This document shows, piece by piece, positions 1-9,683 of a stretch of DNA of 64,000 nucleotides (position 1 is the first letter of the stretch; each line of letters starts with the position of its first letter). The stretch is from positions 21,991 to 85,990 of the forward strand of contig JAUVWW010000002.1 in the NCBI GenBank assembly GCA_030603885.1. Direction: 5' to 3'. Position numbers and translations under genes: made by a program. The notes below the pieces were generated by a model. The model did no database searches. It was not told the DNA's origin and was given only the letters and a program-made list of their open reading frames with translations. Source of the stretch: a bacterium. GTDB taxonomy: Bacteria; Patescibacteriota; JABMPQ01; JAUVWW01.

Positions 1-25
1 TCACTAATACTACTAATAAATTACG

Positions 26-57
26 AATAGCCTTTGTCTAAACAAGGGCTATTTTTT
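26..57 (+). terminator. Rho-independent terminator of an upstream gene
   Basis: AATAGCCTTTGT / ACAAGGGCTATT stem followed by a T-run. Confidence 0.7.
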
Positions 58-144
58 ATCCACAGTCTCGCTTTGACTAAATATATAAGAATGTATATAC
101 TTTAGAATGAAATCTTAATTCCACACGAAGGGAGGTGAATACAA

Positions 145-528
145 ATGCAAGAAGAAGTAAAACCAACACCACCTACACCAGAAGCTCCAACCCCACCACC
201 AGCTGCACCTGCGCCAGACCAAAAAGATATCGAGGAAAACAAAGGAATAGCTGTTCTTAGTTATATTGGAATTCTATGTCTGGTCCCTCTATTGGCTAAG
301 AAAGAAAGCAAATTTGCCCAGTATCATGCCAAGCAAGGTCTAGTGCTCTTCATTGGTGAAGTAATAATAGTTGTTATTAATGTTATTCCCATCCTGGGTC
401 AAATTATCTGGCTTTTAGGTTGGTTGTTCCTAGTAATTTTGAGTATTATTGGAATTATCAATGTGGTTCAGGGACAATATAAGGAAGTCCCTGTCTTGGG
501 AAAATTTGGCACCAAGTTTAAGTTCTAA
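145..528 (+). CDS. DUF4870-like membrane protein with Pro-rich N-terminus
   Basis: GGAGGTG RBS; LSYIGILCLVPLL..FAQYHAKQGL motif; three hydrophobic segments. Confidence 0.75.
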   Translation: MQEEVKPTPPTPEAPTPPPAAPAPDQKDIEENKGIAVLSYIGILCLVPLLAKKESKFAQYHAKQGLVLFIGEVIIVVINVIPILGQIIWLLGWLFLVILSIIGIINVVQGQYKEVPVLGKFGTKFKF

Positions 529-610
529 AATCACTAATCAGCACTAATTTTAAACACCAATTACGCTAATTATTAGTGCTATTAGTGTTAATTTAGTGAT
601 CTTTAGTGTT
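529..610. repeat. Degenerate short-period repeat tract (CACTAAT units followed by inverted ATTAGTG units)
   Basis: cactaat/caccaat/cgctaat followed by attagtg/tttagtg copies. Confidence 0.6.
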
Positions 611-2038
611 ATGAAAAGGACAAAGATTGTTTGTACAATTGGTCCTGCATCAACTAAAAAAACTACTTTAGAGAAGATGATTAAAGCCGGAATGGATGTT
701 GCCCGGCTTAATTTTTCTCATGGGACATACAAACATCATTCTCTATTAATCAGAAATGTTCGGGCAATAGCTAAAAAGATAGATAGGCCAGTGGCTATAT
801 TAGCCGATCTTCAAGGTCCAAGAGTGCGAGTAGGAGAATTACCAGAAAAAGGGATTAAATTAAAGGAGAGAAAAGAGGCAGTCCTGACTACCCAAACTGA
901 GAAAATGATCGATGATCGTATTCCTGTAACTTATAGAAATTTACACAAAGATGTAAAGAAAGGGGATGTAATTTTGTTAGACGATGGTCTTTTAGATGTG
1001 CGAGTAGAGAAAGTTAAAGGAAAAGATATTTTTTGTCGAGTAAAAACAGGTGGTAAGTTAACCTCGCATAAAGGTATAAACGTTCCTACTGCCACTCTCT
1101 CTATCCCTTCCATTACAAAAAAAGACAAGCAAGATCTCGAATTTGCTATAAAACATGATGCCGACTGGGTAGCTATGTCTTTTGTTAAAACTAAAGAGGA
1201 TATTTTATATTTGAAAAGATTAATAAAAAGATTAGAGAATAAATATAATATTAAAGAGTCAGCCAGAACAGTTGCCAAGATAGAAAAACACGAGGCAGTT
1301 AAAAATTTTGATAGCATTTTAGAAGTGGTAGATGGGGTGATGGTGGCCAGGGGAGATCTGGGAATAGAAACTCCAATAGAAGATGTTCCTTTGGTTCAAA
1401 AGATGATCATTCAAAAATGTTTAGCTAGGGCTAAACCAGTAATTACTGCTACCCAGATGCTTTTATCCATGGTGGAAAAACCAAGACCAACTCGGGCCGA
1501 GGTTTCTGATGTAGCTAATGCTGTCATTGATCATACAGATTGTGTTATGTTATCCCAAGAATCGGCTGTAGGAAAATATCCAGTTGAGACAGTTCGGACT
1601 ATGAGTGAGATTATTCAAGGTACAGAAGAATCGCCTTTTGACGATCTGATATTACGAAACCTAATTGGTCAAATTTTACCCATAGATACAGCTGTGTCCT
1701 CAGCCGCTACTAGGTTGGCTCGAGGTACAGAGGCTAAAGCCATTGTAGTAGCCACTATCTCGGGCTACACAGCTAGGATTGTCTCGCGCTACAGGCCAGA
1801 ACTTCCTATCTTTGTAACTTGTGCCTCAGAGAAAGTAAGACGGCAGTTAGCTATGTCTTGGGGAGTAATTCCTTATGTTATTCCTAAGTGTAAGACTGTA
1901 GACGAACTTATAGCTAAAGCAGTAAGAAAGGCAATTCAGAAAAAAGTGATTAAGAAAGGAGATAAAATCATCGTTATTGGTGGCCAACCAGTCGGAAAAG
2001 CAGGCAATGTAAATTTAGTAAAGATTCATCAGGTATGA
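611..2038 (+). CDS. pyk: Pyruvate kinase
   Basis: RTKIVCTIGPAS, ARLNFSHG, VMVARGDLG, ATQML, RAEVSDVANAV motifs; ATG start at 611. Confidence 0.97.
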   Translation: MKRTKIVCTIGPASTKKTTLEKMIKAGMDVARLNFSHGTYKHHSLLIRNVRAIAKKIDRPVAILADLQGPRVRVGELPEKGIKLKERKEAVLTTQTEKMIDDRIPVTYRNLHKDVKKGDVILLDDGLLDVRVEKVKGKDIFCRVKTGGKLTSHKGINVPTATLSIPSITKKDKQDLEFAIKHDADWVAMSFVKTKEDILYLKRLIKRLENKYNIKESARTVAKIEKHEAVKNFDSILEVVDGVMVARGDLGIETPIEDVPLVQKMIIQKCLARAKPVITATQMLLSMVEKPRPTRAEVSDVANAVIDHTDCVMLSQESAVGKYPVETVRTMSEIIQGTEESPFDDLILRNLIGQILPIDTAVSSAATRLARGTEAKAIVVATISGYTARIVSRYRPELPIFVTCASEKVRRQLAMSWGVIPYVIPKCKTVDELIAKAVRKAIQKKVIKKGDKIIVIGGQPVGKAGNVNLVKIHQV

Positions 2039-2487
2039 TCATTCTCTTTTGTGGCCTTCCTGGATCAGGAAAATCTACCCTAGCTAAAAAATTAACTAAG
2101 AAACTTAAAAAACTAGGAAGTCTAAAACTTATTATTTCAGATCAAATCTCGGGCAGAGTTTATAGAAAGATATTTAAGCAAGTAAAAGAAAATATAGAAA
2201 AGGTGGATTATTTAATTTTAGATGCCACCTTTTATAAAAAGAAATGGAGAGATAAGATTTATGCTTTGGCCAAAGGTAAGGTGTTTACTATTTATTTGGA
2301 ATGTGCTTTGGAAACTTGTCTAAGGAGAAACAAAAAGAGAAGACCATCCATTCCTGAGAAGGCCATCTATATTCTAAGAGCTCAGTTTGAAAAACCAAGA
2401 AAGCCAGATCTATTGATAAATACAGACAAAGTTAGCCCTCACAAAGCAATTCAAAAAATTCTTTTTAAGATTAAAATATTAAGATGA
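2035..2487 (+). CDS. P-loop kinase (AAA_33 / APS-kinase-like)
   Basis: GLPGSGKST Walker A; ILDAT. Confidence 0.75.
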   Translation: MIILFCGLPGSGKSTLAKKLTKKLKKLGSLKLIISDQISGRVYRKIFKQVKENIEKVDYLILDATFYKKKWRDKIYALAKGKVFTIYLECALETCLRRNKKRRPSIPEKAIYILRAQFEKPRKPDLLINTDKVSPHKAIQKILFKIKILR

Positions 2488-2891
2488 AAGAATTGCCCAA
2501 GATCGGAATTGGAGTAATTGTTATCAAAGGTAATAAAGTGTTATTGGGGAGGAGATTAAATGCTCATGGTGAAGGTACTTGGTCTTTTCCGGGAGGGCAT
2601 TTAGAGTTTAATGAGCAATTAGAAGATTGTGCCAAAAGAGAAACCCTTGAAGAAACAGACATTAAAATTAAAAATGTAGAATTTGCCACTATTACCAATG
2701 ATATATTTAAGAAAGAAGGTAAACATTATATAACGATTTATATGAGATCTGAGTATGATTCTGGAGAATTGAAAATTAAAGAGCCTGATAAATTTCAAGA
2801 GATTAATTGGTTTACTTGGAATAATCTGCCTTCGCCTTTATTTCTTCCAGTTCAAAATTTACTAAAACAAGGATATAACCCATTTAAATGA
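2484..2891 (+). CDS. Nudix hydrolase (NUDT15/MTH2-like)
   Basis: GGHLEFNE..CAKRETLEET Nudix box; HYITIYM; PLFLP. Confidence 0.88.
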   Translation: MKELPKIGIGVIVIKGNKVLLGRRLNAHGEGTWSFPGGHLEFNEQLEDCAKRETLEETDIKIKNVEFATITNDIFKKEGKHYITIYMRSEYDSGELKIKEPDKFQEINWFTWNNLPSPLFLPVQNLLKQGYNPFK

Positions 2892-5281
2892 CTAAGCAGA
2901 AAAAATTTATCCTTTGGTTTAATCAGGTTGGAATAAAAGACACCCTTCGAGTAGGTGGAAAAAATGCTTCTTTAGGAGAAATGTACAGAAAGCTAGTACC
3001 TAAGGGTATTAATATTCCTAATGGTTTTTGTGTCACTGCCGAAGCTTATCGGTATTTTTTGAAGAAAGCAGGAGTCTTGCCGGAACTTAAGAAAATTATG
3101 GCCGGGTTAGATACTACCAAAATGAAGAATCTTCTTGATGTAGGAGCCAGGGCAAGAGAAACAGTTTTGAAAGCTAAGCTACCTAAAGAACTAGAAGAGG
3201 CTATCCTAAAGGCTTATCGAAAGCTATGCCAGGAATATAAGACAGAAAATGTAGATGTAGCAGTTCGTTCATCTGCTACGGCTGAAGATCTTCCCAAAGC
3301 CTCCTTTGCAGGACAGTTTGAATCTTATCTAAATATTAGAGGAGAAAAAGCTCTCCTCGATGCTTGCAAAAAATGCTTTGTCTCTTTTTTCACTAATCGA
3401 GCCATATCTTACCGAGTAGATCAGGGATTTGAACATTTTAATATCTATTTGTGCCTTGGTATCCAAAAGATGGTCAGATCAGACAAGGCTTCATCTGGAG
3501 TGATATTTACTTGTGATACAGAAACAGGATTTCCCGATGTTGCTTTAATTAATGCTGGATATGGACTTGGGGAAAATATAGTTAAAGGGAGAATAAATCC
3601 AGATCAATATATTGTCTTTGAGCCTACTTTGAAAAAGGGTTTTAGGCCTATCATTAGCAAAGCCTTGGGAACTAAGAAGAAAAAGCTAATCTATGCCAAG
3701 GGCACAAAGACTACGCAAAATATAACAGTCTCTAAAAAAGATCAGAGAAGATTTGTTCTTGACGATGAAGAAATTCTAGCTTTAGCTAGATGGACCTGTG
3801 CTATTGAAGATCTCTACCAAAGACCACAAGATATTGAATGGGCTAAGGATGGTCTAGACGGAAAGCTATATATTGTTCAATCAAGGCCAGAGACAGTTCA
3901 TGCCCCTAAAATTCTAAGATTCTTGGAAGAGTATATTTTGCAAAAAAGAGGTAAAATTTTGTGTACTGGGAATGCTATTGGGACTAAGATAGGCCAGGGC
4001 AGAGCTAACATTATTGCAAATGTTAAAGATATTGGTCGATTTAAAAAGGGTGAAGTCTTAGTTACAGAAATGACTGACCCAGACTGGGAGCCGGTAATGA
4101 AAATGGCTCAGGCTATTGTTACTAATTCTGGAGGTCGTACCAGTCATGCTGCTATTATTTCTCGAGAGCTAGGAATTCCTTGTATTGTAGGAACAGGCAA
4201 TGCTACCAAAGTTATAAAACAAGGACAGAACATTACTATTTCTTGTGCCGAAGGAGAGCAAGGCTTTGTCTATTCTGGACTTTTACTTTTCAAGATTAAA
4301 AGAACAAATATTGGAAAGATCAAGCGGCCAAAGACTAAGATGATGATGAATATTGGTGATCCAAGTCTAGCTTTTTCTTACTCCTTTATTCCTTCAGATG
4401 GAGTTGGTCTAACTCGGGAAGAATTCATTATTTCTAATTATATTAAAATTCATCCCCAAGCTTTACTCTATCCTAAGAAAGTAAAAGACAAAAGAATTAA
4501 AAGACAAATTGACCAAATAACTTTAGGGTACAAAAATAAATCCCAATTTTTTATAGATAAACTAGCCGAGGGAATAGCTAGGCTTGCTTCTGCTTTCTAT
4601 CCCAAAGATGTCATTGTTAGATTTTCTGATTTTAAAACCAATGAATATGCCAATTTGATTGGTGGAAAATATTTTGAACCTAATGAAGAGAATCCTATGC
4701 TTGGCTGGAGAGGAGCAGCCAGGTACTATGATCCAAACTATAAAGAGGCTTTCGGTCTAGAATGCAAGGCCATTAAGAAAGTTAGAGAGGAGATGGGCCT
4801 AGATAATGTGATTGTCATGATTCCTTTTTGTCGGACAGTGGAAGAAGGACAAAAGGTGTTGGAGGTGATGAAAGAATATAACCTAAAAAGAAAGAAAAAT
4901 GGGCTTCAAGTTTATGTCATGTGTGAAATCCCTTCCAATGTTATTTTAGCTGAGGAATTTGCTCAAATCTTTGATGGCTTTTCTATTGGTTCCAATGACT
5001 TAACCCAGCTTACTGTGGGAATAGACAGAGACTCGGAACTAGTGAGCCATGTTTTTTCTGAAAGAAACCAGGCAGTAAAGAATTTAATTAGGCAGGTTAT
5101 TAAAACAGCCCACAGATACAAGAAAAAAGTAGGCATCTGTGGTCAAGCTCCTAGTGACTATATGGACTTTGCTGAGTTTCTAGTCGAGGCTGGGATAGAT
5201 TCTATGTCGTTGAGTCCGGATACAGTATTAAAGACTACTTTGGATATAATAAAGGCAGAGAAAAGACTAAGAAAAAGATAA
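2888..5281 (+). CDS. ppsA: Phosphoenolpyruvate synthase
   Basis: VGGKNASLGEM, VRSSATAED, GGRTSHAAI phospho-His motif, FSIGSNDLTQ. Confidence 0.97.
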   Translation: MTKQKKFILWFNQVGIKDTLRVGGKNASLGEMYRKLVPKGINIPNGFCVTAEAYRYFLKKAGVLPELKKIMAGLDTTKMKNLLDVGARARETVLKAKLPKELEEAILKAYRKLCQEYKTENVDVAVRSSATAEDLPKASFAGQFESYLNIRGEKALLDACKKCFVSFFTNRAISYRVDQGFEHFNIYLCLGIQKMVRSDKASSGVIFTCDTETGFPDVALINAGYGLGENIVKGRINPDQYIVFEPTLKKGFRPIISKALGTKKKKLIYAKGTKTTQNITVSKKDQRRFVLDDEEILALARWTCAIEDLYQRPQDIEWAKDGLDGKLYIVQSRPETVHAPKILRFLEEYILQKRGKILCTGNAIGTKIGQGRANIIANVKDIGRFKKGEVLVTEMTDPDWEPVMKMAQAIVTNSGGRTSHAAIISRELGIPCIVGTGNATKVIKQGQNITISCAEGEQGFVYSGLLLFKIKRTNIGKIKRPKTKMMMNIGDPSLAFSYSFIPSDGVGLTREEFIISNYIKIHPQALLYPKKVKDKRIKRQIDQITLGYKNKSQFFIDKLAEGIARLASAFYPKDVIVRFSDFKTNEYANLIGGKYFEPNEENPMLGWRGAARYYDPNYKEAFGLECKAIKKVREEMGLDNVIVMIPFCRTVEEGQKVLEVMKEYNLKRKKNGLQVYVMCEIPSNVILAEEFAQIFDGFSIGSNDLTQLTVGIDRDSELVSHVFSERNQAVKNLIRQVIKTAHRYKKKVGICGQAPSDYMDFAEFLVEAGIDSMSLSPDTVLKTTLDIIKAEKRLRKR

Positions 5282-5456
5282 AATTTTTAGAGAGTCTTGA
5301 CTTTTAAAAATAGATAAATTATACTAATCATATACATTAAAGACTATAGCTCTAACTGGCGCACTTGTTTAACCTAGAAGGAGGTAATATGATAAGAGGA
5401 CCTTGAATAGTATCCTTTTGGTTTAACCATTAAAATGAAACCGAAAGGAGAATTCA

Positions 5457-5633
5457 GTGGTATATGAAATAAAGTGGAAAAGAAATAGACACGATAGAGG
5501 ACAGACAACGATAAATGGAGATTGGGAGAAGGCTTGCCAGATGGTAGAAGAGAAGCTTAAAGAAGGATACAAAGTATGGGTGAATGGCAAAAGAAGAAAA
5601 TTAGAATTTGGGTCTATTTGCCCACCCCTCTAA
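5457..5633 (+). CDS. Small hypothetical protein (58 aa, GTG start; not in the ORF track)
   Basis: AAAGGAG RBS 6 nt upstream; open frame MVYEIKWKRNRHDRGQ...CPPL; terminator downstream. Confidence 0.5.
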   Translation: MVYEIKWKRNRHDRGQTTINGDWEKACQMVEEKLKEGYKVWVNGKRRKLEFGSICPPL

Positions 5634-5671
5634 TTGCCCACCCTCCAATCTAATCGTGTCTAAAAAGACTT

Positions 5672-5712
5672 GGCCGTCAGCTTTCATTTTTAGTTGACGG
5701 CCTCAATTTTTT
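5672..5712 (+). terminator. Rho-independent terminator
   Basis: GGCCGTCAGCT / AGTTGACGGCC stem plus T-run. Confidence 0.7.
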
Positions 5713-5766
5713 AAATAAAATTGCCTCTAATTTTAAATAGAGTTATAATATAAAAATCAGAAACAT

Positions 5767-5854
5767 GGTGAGATGGCCGAGTGGTTTAAGGCGCAAGCTT
5801 GGAGAGCGTGTATACCGAGAGGTATCGTGGGTTCGAATCCCACTCTCACCGCCA
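5767..5854 (+). tRNA. tRNA-Ser(GGA)
   Basis: GGTGAGA/TCTCACC acceptor, TGGCCGAGTGG D-loop, TTGGAGA anticodon loop, long variable arm, GTTCGAATC, encoded CCA. Confidence 0.95.
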
Positions 5855-5878
5855 ATTTGTCTCTCAACTATCCTAATT

Positions 5879-6184
5879 ATGAAATACAATAAACTTATCC
5901 GAGATAGGATCCCTGAAATCATTAAACAAAAAGGAAAAGTTCCCCTTACTCATATTGCTGATAATGGTGAGTATTGGCAAAAATTGAAAGAAAAACTTAA
6001 AGAAGAAGTTGATGAATTTTTAAAAAATGCTAATGAAGAAGAACTGGCTGATATTCTTGAAGTAATCTATGCCATTTGCCATTTTAAAAAGATTGACAAG
6101 AAAGAATTGGAACTTCAAAGAGTTAAGAAAGCTAAAGAAAGAGGCGGATTTAAAGAAAAAATAATTCTTAATGAAACGAAATAG
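5879..6184 (+). CDS. MazG-like / PRA-PH-like nucleoside triphosphate pyrophosphohydrolase
   Basis: YNKLIRDRIPEII, KLKEEVDEF, EELADILEV, ERGGF motifs; true start at 5879. Confidence 0.85.
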   Translation: MKYNKLIRDRIPEIIKQKGKVPLTHIADNGEYWQKLKEKLKEEVDEFLKNANEEELADILEVIYAICHFKKIDKKELELQRVKKAKERGGFKEKIILNETK

Positions 6185-6269
6185 TTATCTGGCTGCTACG
6201 TTATATTTAAAGAGCAATAATCCATCCCTTGCAGAAAGGGATTTTTAGTCTTATAATTAAAAGAAGCAT

Positions 6270-8087
6270 ATGTTGAATTCACCTATTGACCAAATTAAAT
6301 CAAAGATAGATATTGTAGAGCTTATTCAGGAATATATCCCCCTTAAAAAAGCAGGGGTAAATTATAAAGCCCTTTGTCCTTTTCATTCAGAAAAAACTCC
6401 TTCCTTTTTTGTTTCCCAGGATAAACAGATTTGGCATTGCTTTGGCTGTGGAAAAGGAGGAGGAATTTTTGACTTTGTCATGGAGATAGAAGGTATAGAA
6501 TTTGGAGATGCCTTGAGACTCCTGGCTAAAAAGGCGGGAGTGACTTTGAAGAGACAGGACAAAGCACTTCAGACAAAAAGAGCTAGACTAATTGCTATAT
6601 TAAACCTAGCTTCGAAATATTATCACCAAGCTCTAAAAGAAAGTAAAGCAGGAAAGACAGCTCGAGATTATCTTAAGAAAAGAAAAATAGATGATTTAAC
6701 TCGAGATCAATTTAGACTTGGTTTTGCTCCTAATCTTTGGCATGCTCTATCTGAGTTTTTGGAGAAAAAAGGATATAAACCAGAAGAAATTAGTGAAGCA
6801 GGCTTAACTGTAAAAAAAGAAGGAGAGGATTTTTATGACCGATTTAGAAATCGTTTGATCTTTCCTATTTGGGATGTGCATGGAAATGTGGTTGGCCTGG
6901 GAGGTCGTACCTTATCCAAAGATGAAAGTGTAGCCAAGTACATTAATACTCCTCAGACCCTAGTCTATGATAAAAGCAGAGTTTTATATGGCCTAGACAA
7001 AGCTAAAGCAGAAATTAGAAGAAAAAATCAAGCTATTATTGTTGAGGGATATACTGATGTAATCTCTTCCCATAGAATAGACGTAAGCAATGTCATTTCT
7101 TCCTCTGGAACTGCTTTAACCGAAGGCCAAATTCAACTAATCAAACGTTATACTCCTAATGTTGTTTTAGCTTTTGATATGGATCTGGCTGGTGATGAAG
7201 CCACTAGAAGAGGTATAGATTTAGCTATCTCCATGGGACTTGGCGTCAAAGTAGCTTCATTGCCTCAAAGCAAAGACCCGGATGAGTGTATTAAAAAAGA
7301 TCCAAAAATCTGGCTAAAGACAATAAAAAAAGCAAAACCTATTTTAGATTATTATTTTGATAGTGCTTTTTCAGACAAGGATATAAATGAAGTAGAAGAC
7401 AGAAAAGCAATATCCGCTGTTCTTTTACCTGTGATAGGGAGAATTCCTGATAAAGTAGAGCAGGCTTTCTATATCCAAAAATTGGCTAAAAAACTTGGAG
7501 TCTCAGAGGATGTGCTATCCGATGCTCTAAAAACCCAGCCAAGGATCAAGGAGCCTAGGTATAGAAAGGAGGAAACTATATCTAAAACTGAAGAAGTTTC
7601 TGAGATAGATATAGTAGGAGAGAGACTATTAGCCCTAGTTTTAGTCTTTCCTCAATATTTAAAGATCCTGGATCAAGTTAAAGAGAGTTATTTTAGCCCT
7701 AAACTATCCCCTCTTTACAAAAACCTAAAAAATTACTATAATATGAACAAAGTGAATATTTCAAGGTTCTGCGAAGCAGGTTCTTATAATAATAAAGGAG
7801 GGCTAGAATTGAACCAGTTTAAGAAAGAGCTGGCTAAGATTAGCAAAGATTTAGTAAAGAAAGTGGATATTCTAATATTATCAGCAGAGAGAGATTTTTC
7901 TGATACCAAAGATCAAGATACTCAAGAGGCTGCATCATGTGAGATTCAGGATTGTATAATAAGATTAAAGAAATTAAATCTTGAGAATCAACGAAAGAAA
8001 ATAGAAGAAGAAATGGCTGAAGCAGAAGAGGAAGGTGACAAAGTTAAAGTAGAAGCCCTAAGTAAAAAATTTGCTCAGTTGTCATAA
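6270..8087 (+). CDS. dnaG: DNA primase
   Basis: CPFHSEKTPSF..CFGC zinc ribbon, DRFRNR, KYINTP, VEGYTD TOPRIM; upstream of rpoD. Confidence 0.97.
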   Translation: MLNSPIDQIKSKIDIVELIQEYIPLKKAGVNYKALCPFHSEKTPSFFVSQDKQIWHCFGCGKGGGIFDFVMEIEGIEFGDALRLLAKKAGVTLKRQDKALQTKRARLIAILNLASKYYHQALKESKAGKTARDYLKKRKIDDLTRDQFRLGFAPNLWHALSEFLEKKGYKPEEISEAGLTVKKEGEDFYDRFRNRLIFPIWDVHGNVVGLGGRTLSKDESVAKYINTPQTLVYDKSRVLYGLDKAKAEIRRKNQAIIVEGYTDVISSHRIDVSNVISSSGTALTEGQIQLIKRYTPNVVLAFDMDLAGDEATRRGIDLAISMGLGVKVASLPQSKDPDECIKKDPKIWLKTIKKAKPILDYYFDSAFSDKDINEVEDRKAISAVLLPVIGRIPDKVEQAFYIQKLAKKLGVSEDVLSDALKTQPRIKEPRYRKEETISKTEEVSEIDIVGERLLALVLVFPQYLKILDQVKESYFSPKLSPLYKNLKNYYNMNKVNISRFCEAGSYNNKGGLELNQFKKELAKISKDLVKKVDILILSAERDFSDTKDQDTQEAASCEIQDCIIRLKKLNLENQRKKIEEEMAEAEEEGDKVKVEALSKKFAQLS

Positions 8088-8121
8088 AAATTATTACAAT
8101 TGACAAAACGGTAATGTAAAC

Positions 8122-9483
8122 ATGGTTAAAAAACGTAAAACCAAAAAGCCAAAAAAAGCAAAAAAACCAGCCAGAAAGAAAAAAGCTAAGAGAAAGATTG
8201 TAAAAAGAAAAAAGGTGGCCCGTAAGCCTAGAAAGAGAGTTAAGAAAATTAGAAAAGTTAAAAGACGAGTCAAAAGAAAACCGCCTAAAAAGGTTAAAAG
8301 GAAAGTTAGAAGAAAACCCAAAAAAGTTAGAAAGGTCCGAAGAAAGCCTAGGGTAAGGAGGAAACCCAAGCGTAAGCCTAGAAGAAAGAGAGTAGTAAGG
8401 CGCAGAGTTGTTCTGAGGGTTAAACCAGAGTTAGATAAAGCCAAAATAAAATACTTGATTACCAAAGGAAGAGATCAAGGTTTTGTGACTGAAAATGAAA
8501 TTCTTTATGCTATTCCAGAGATAGAAGAGTATAAGGAGGAACTTGAGGATTTTATTGCAAGGCTAGATTCGGAAGGGGTACAGATAGTCAAGGCTAGAGA
8601 GAAGTTGCCTCCAGTAGAAGAGGAGATTCCTCCAAAAGAAAAACTTGATACCTTAGCTTTAACTACTGGCTCTGTTCAGGCTTATCTAAAAGAGATTGGT
8701 AAGGTTCCTTTACTTTCTTCCGAGGAAGAAGTTGAGTTGTCTAAAAGAAGGGAGAAAGGAGACAAAGAGTCTTTTAGAAAGCTCGTTGAGGCTAACCTTA
8801 GATTGGTAGTCTCTATAGCTAAGAGATACACTGGTAGAAATCTTTCTTTTTTGGATTTAATCCAAGAAGGGAACTTAGGCTTATTTAGAGCAGTTGAAAA
8901 ATTTGATTATAGAAGAGGATATAAGTTTTCTACCTATGCTACTTGGTGGATCAGACAAGCAGTCACTCGAGCTTTAGCAGATCAGTCACGAACTATTAGA
9001 ATTCCAGTGCATATGGTAGAGACAATTAATAAATTTACTCAGGCAGCAAGAAGACTGGTCCAGCAATTGGGCAGAGAACCCCTAGCTGAAGAAATTGCCG
9101 CTGAGATGAGCTTAGACGTTAAAAAAGCTCGACATATTATCAAGATTAATCAGGATACAGTATCTTTAGAAACCTCGGTAGGAAAAGAGGAAGGAGATTC
9201 AGTTTTAGGAGATTTTATCGAAGATATAAAGTCTATTTCCCCCGACCGAGCTGCTGCCCTACGTCTTCTTAGAGATCAGATAAAAGAAGTTCTAAAATAT
9301 CTTACTCCAAGAGAACAGAAGATTTTAGAGATGAGATTTGGTCTAGTGGATGGGGTAACTCATACTCTGGAAGAAGTAGGACAGGAATTTGGAGTCACCA
9401 GAGAAAGAATTAGACAAATTGAAGCTAAGGCTTTGGAGAAAATTAGAGAACATAGGCAAATTGTCAAATTAAAGGAATTTTAA
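8122..9483 (+). CDS. rpoD: RNA polymerase primary sigma factor with Lys/Arg-rich N-terminal extension
   Basis: [49 protein letters not shown]. Confidence 0.95.
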   Translation: MVKKRKTKKPKKAKKPARKKKAKRKIVKRKKVARKPRKRVKKIRKVKRRVKRKPPKKVKRKVRRKPKKVRKVRRKPRVRRKPKRKPRRKRVVRRRVVLRVKPELDKAKIKYLITKGRDQGFVTENEILYAIPEIEEYKEELEDFIARLDSEGVQIVKAREKLPPVEEEIPPKEKLDTLALTTGSVQAYLKEIGKVPLLSSEEEVELSKRREKGDKESFRKLVEANLRLVVSIAKRYTGRNLSFLDLIQEGNLGLFRAVEKFDYRRGYKFSTYATWWIRQAVTRALADQSRTIRIPVHMVETINKFTQAARRLVQQLGREPLAEEIAAEMSLDVKKARHIIKINQDTVSLETSVGKEEGDSVLGDFIEDIKSISPDRAAALRLLRDQIKEVLKYLTPREQKILEMRFGLVDGVTHTLEEVGQEFGVTRERIRQIEAKALEKIREHRQIVKLKEF

Positions 9484-9486
9484 CAT

Positions 9487-9558
9487 TCCCGGGTAGCTCA
9501 ATGGTAGAGCAACTGGCTGTTAACCAGTGGGTTGCCAGTTCGAGTCTGGCCCCGGGAG
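9487..9558 (+). tRNA. tRNA-Asn(GTT)
   Basis: TCCCGGG/CCCGGGA acceptor, AGCTCAATGGTAGAGC D-arm, CTGG-CTGTTAA-CCAG anticodon arm, GTTCGAGTC. Confidence 0.95.
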
Positions 9559-9605
9559 CTTTGCACGAAAGTCCGCACAAAAAGCGGGCTTTTGTGCTTT
9601 ATTTA
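9556..9605 (+). repeat. 50-bp direct repeat, copy 1 (overlaps tRNA-Asn 3' end; att-like)
   Basis: Matches 11566-11615 with one mismatch. Confidence 0.9.
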
Positions 9606-9683
9606 AAAGAAGTCCTTGTATTATTTTTTAGTGGCGGTATAATGAAAATGTGAAAATAACACTTGATTACTTGATTAAAAGAG

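Noticed and set aside
5765-5878. N-terminal extension of ORF 5765..6184
   Set aside because: It overlaps tRNA-Ser; the real start is ATG 5879.
8094-8465. Hydrophobic minus-strand ORF resembling a membrane protein
   Set aside because: It is a shadow of the A-rich Lys/Arg tract of rpoD.
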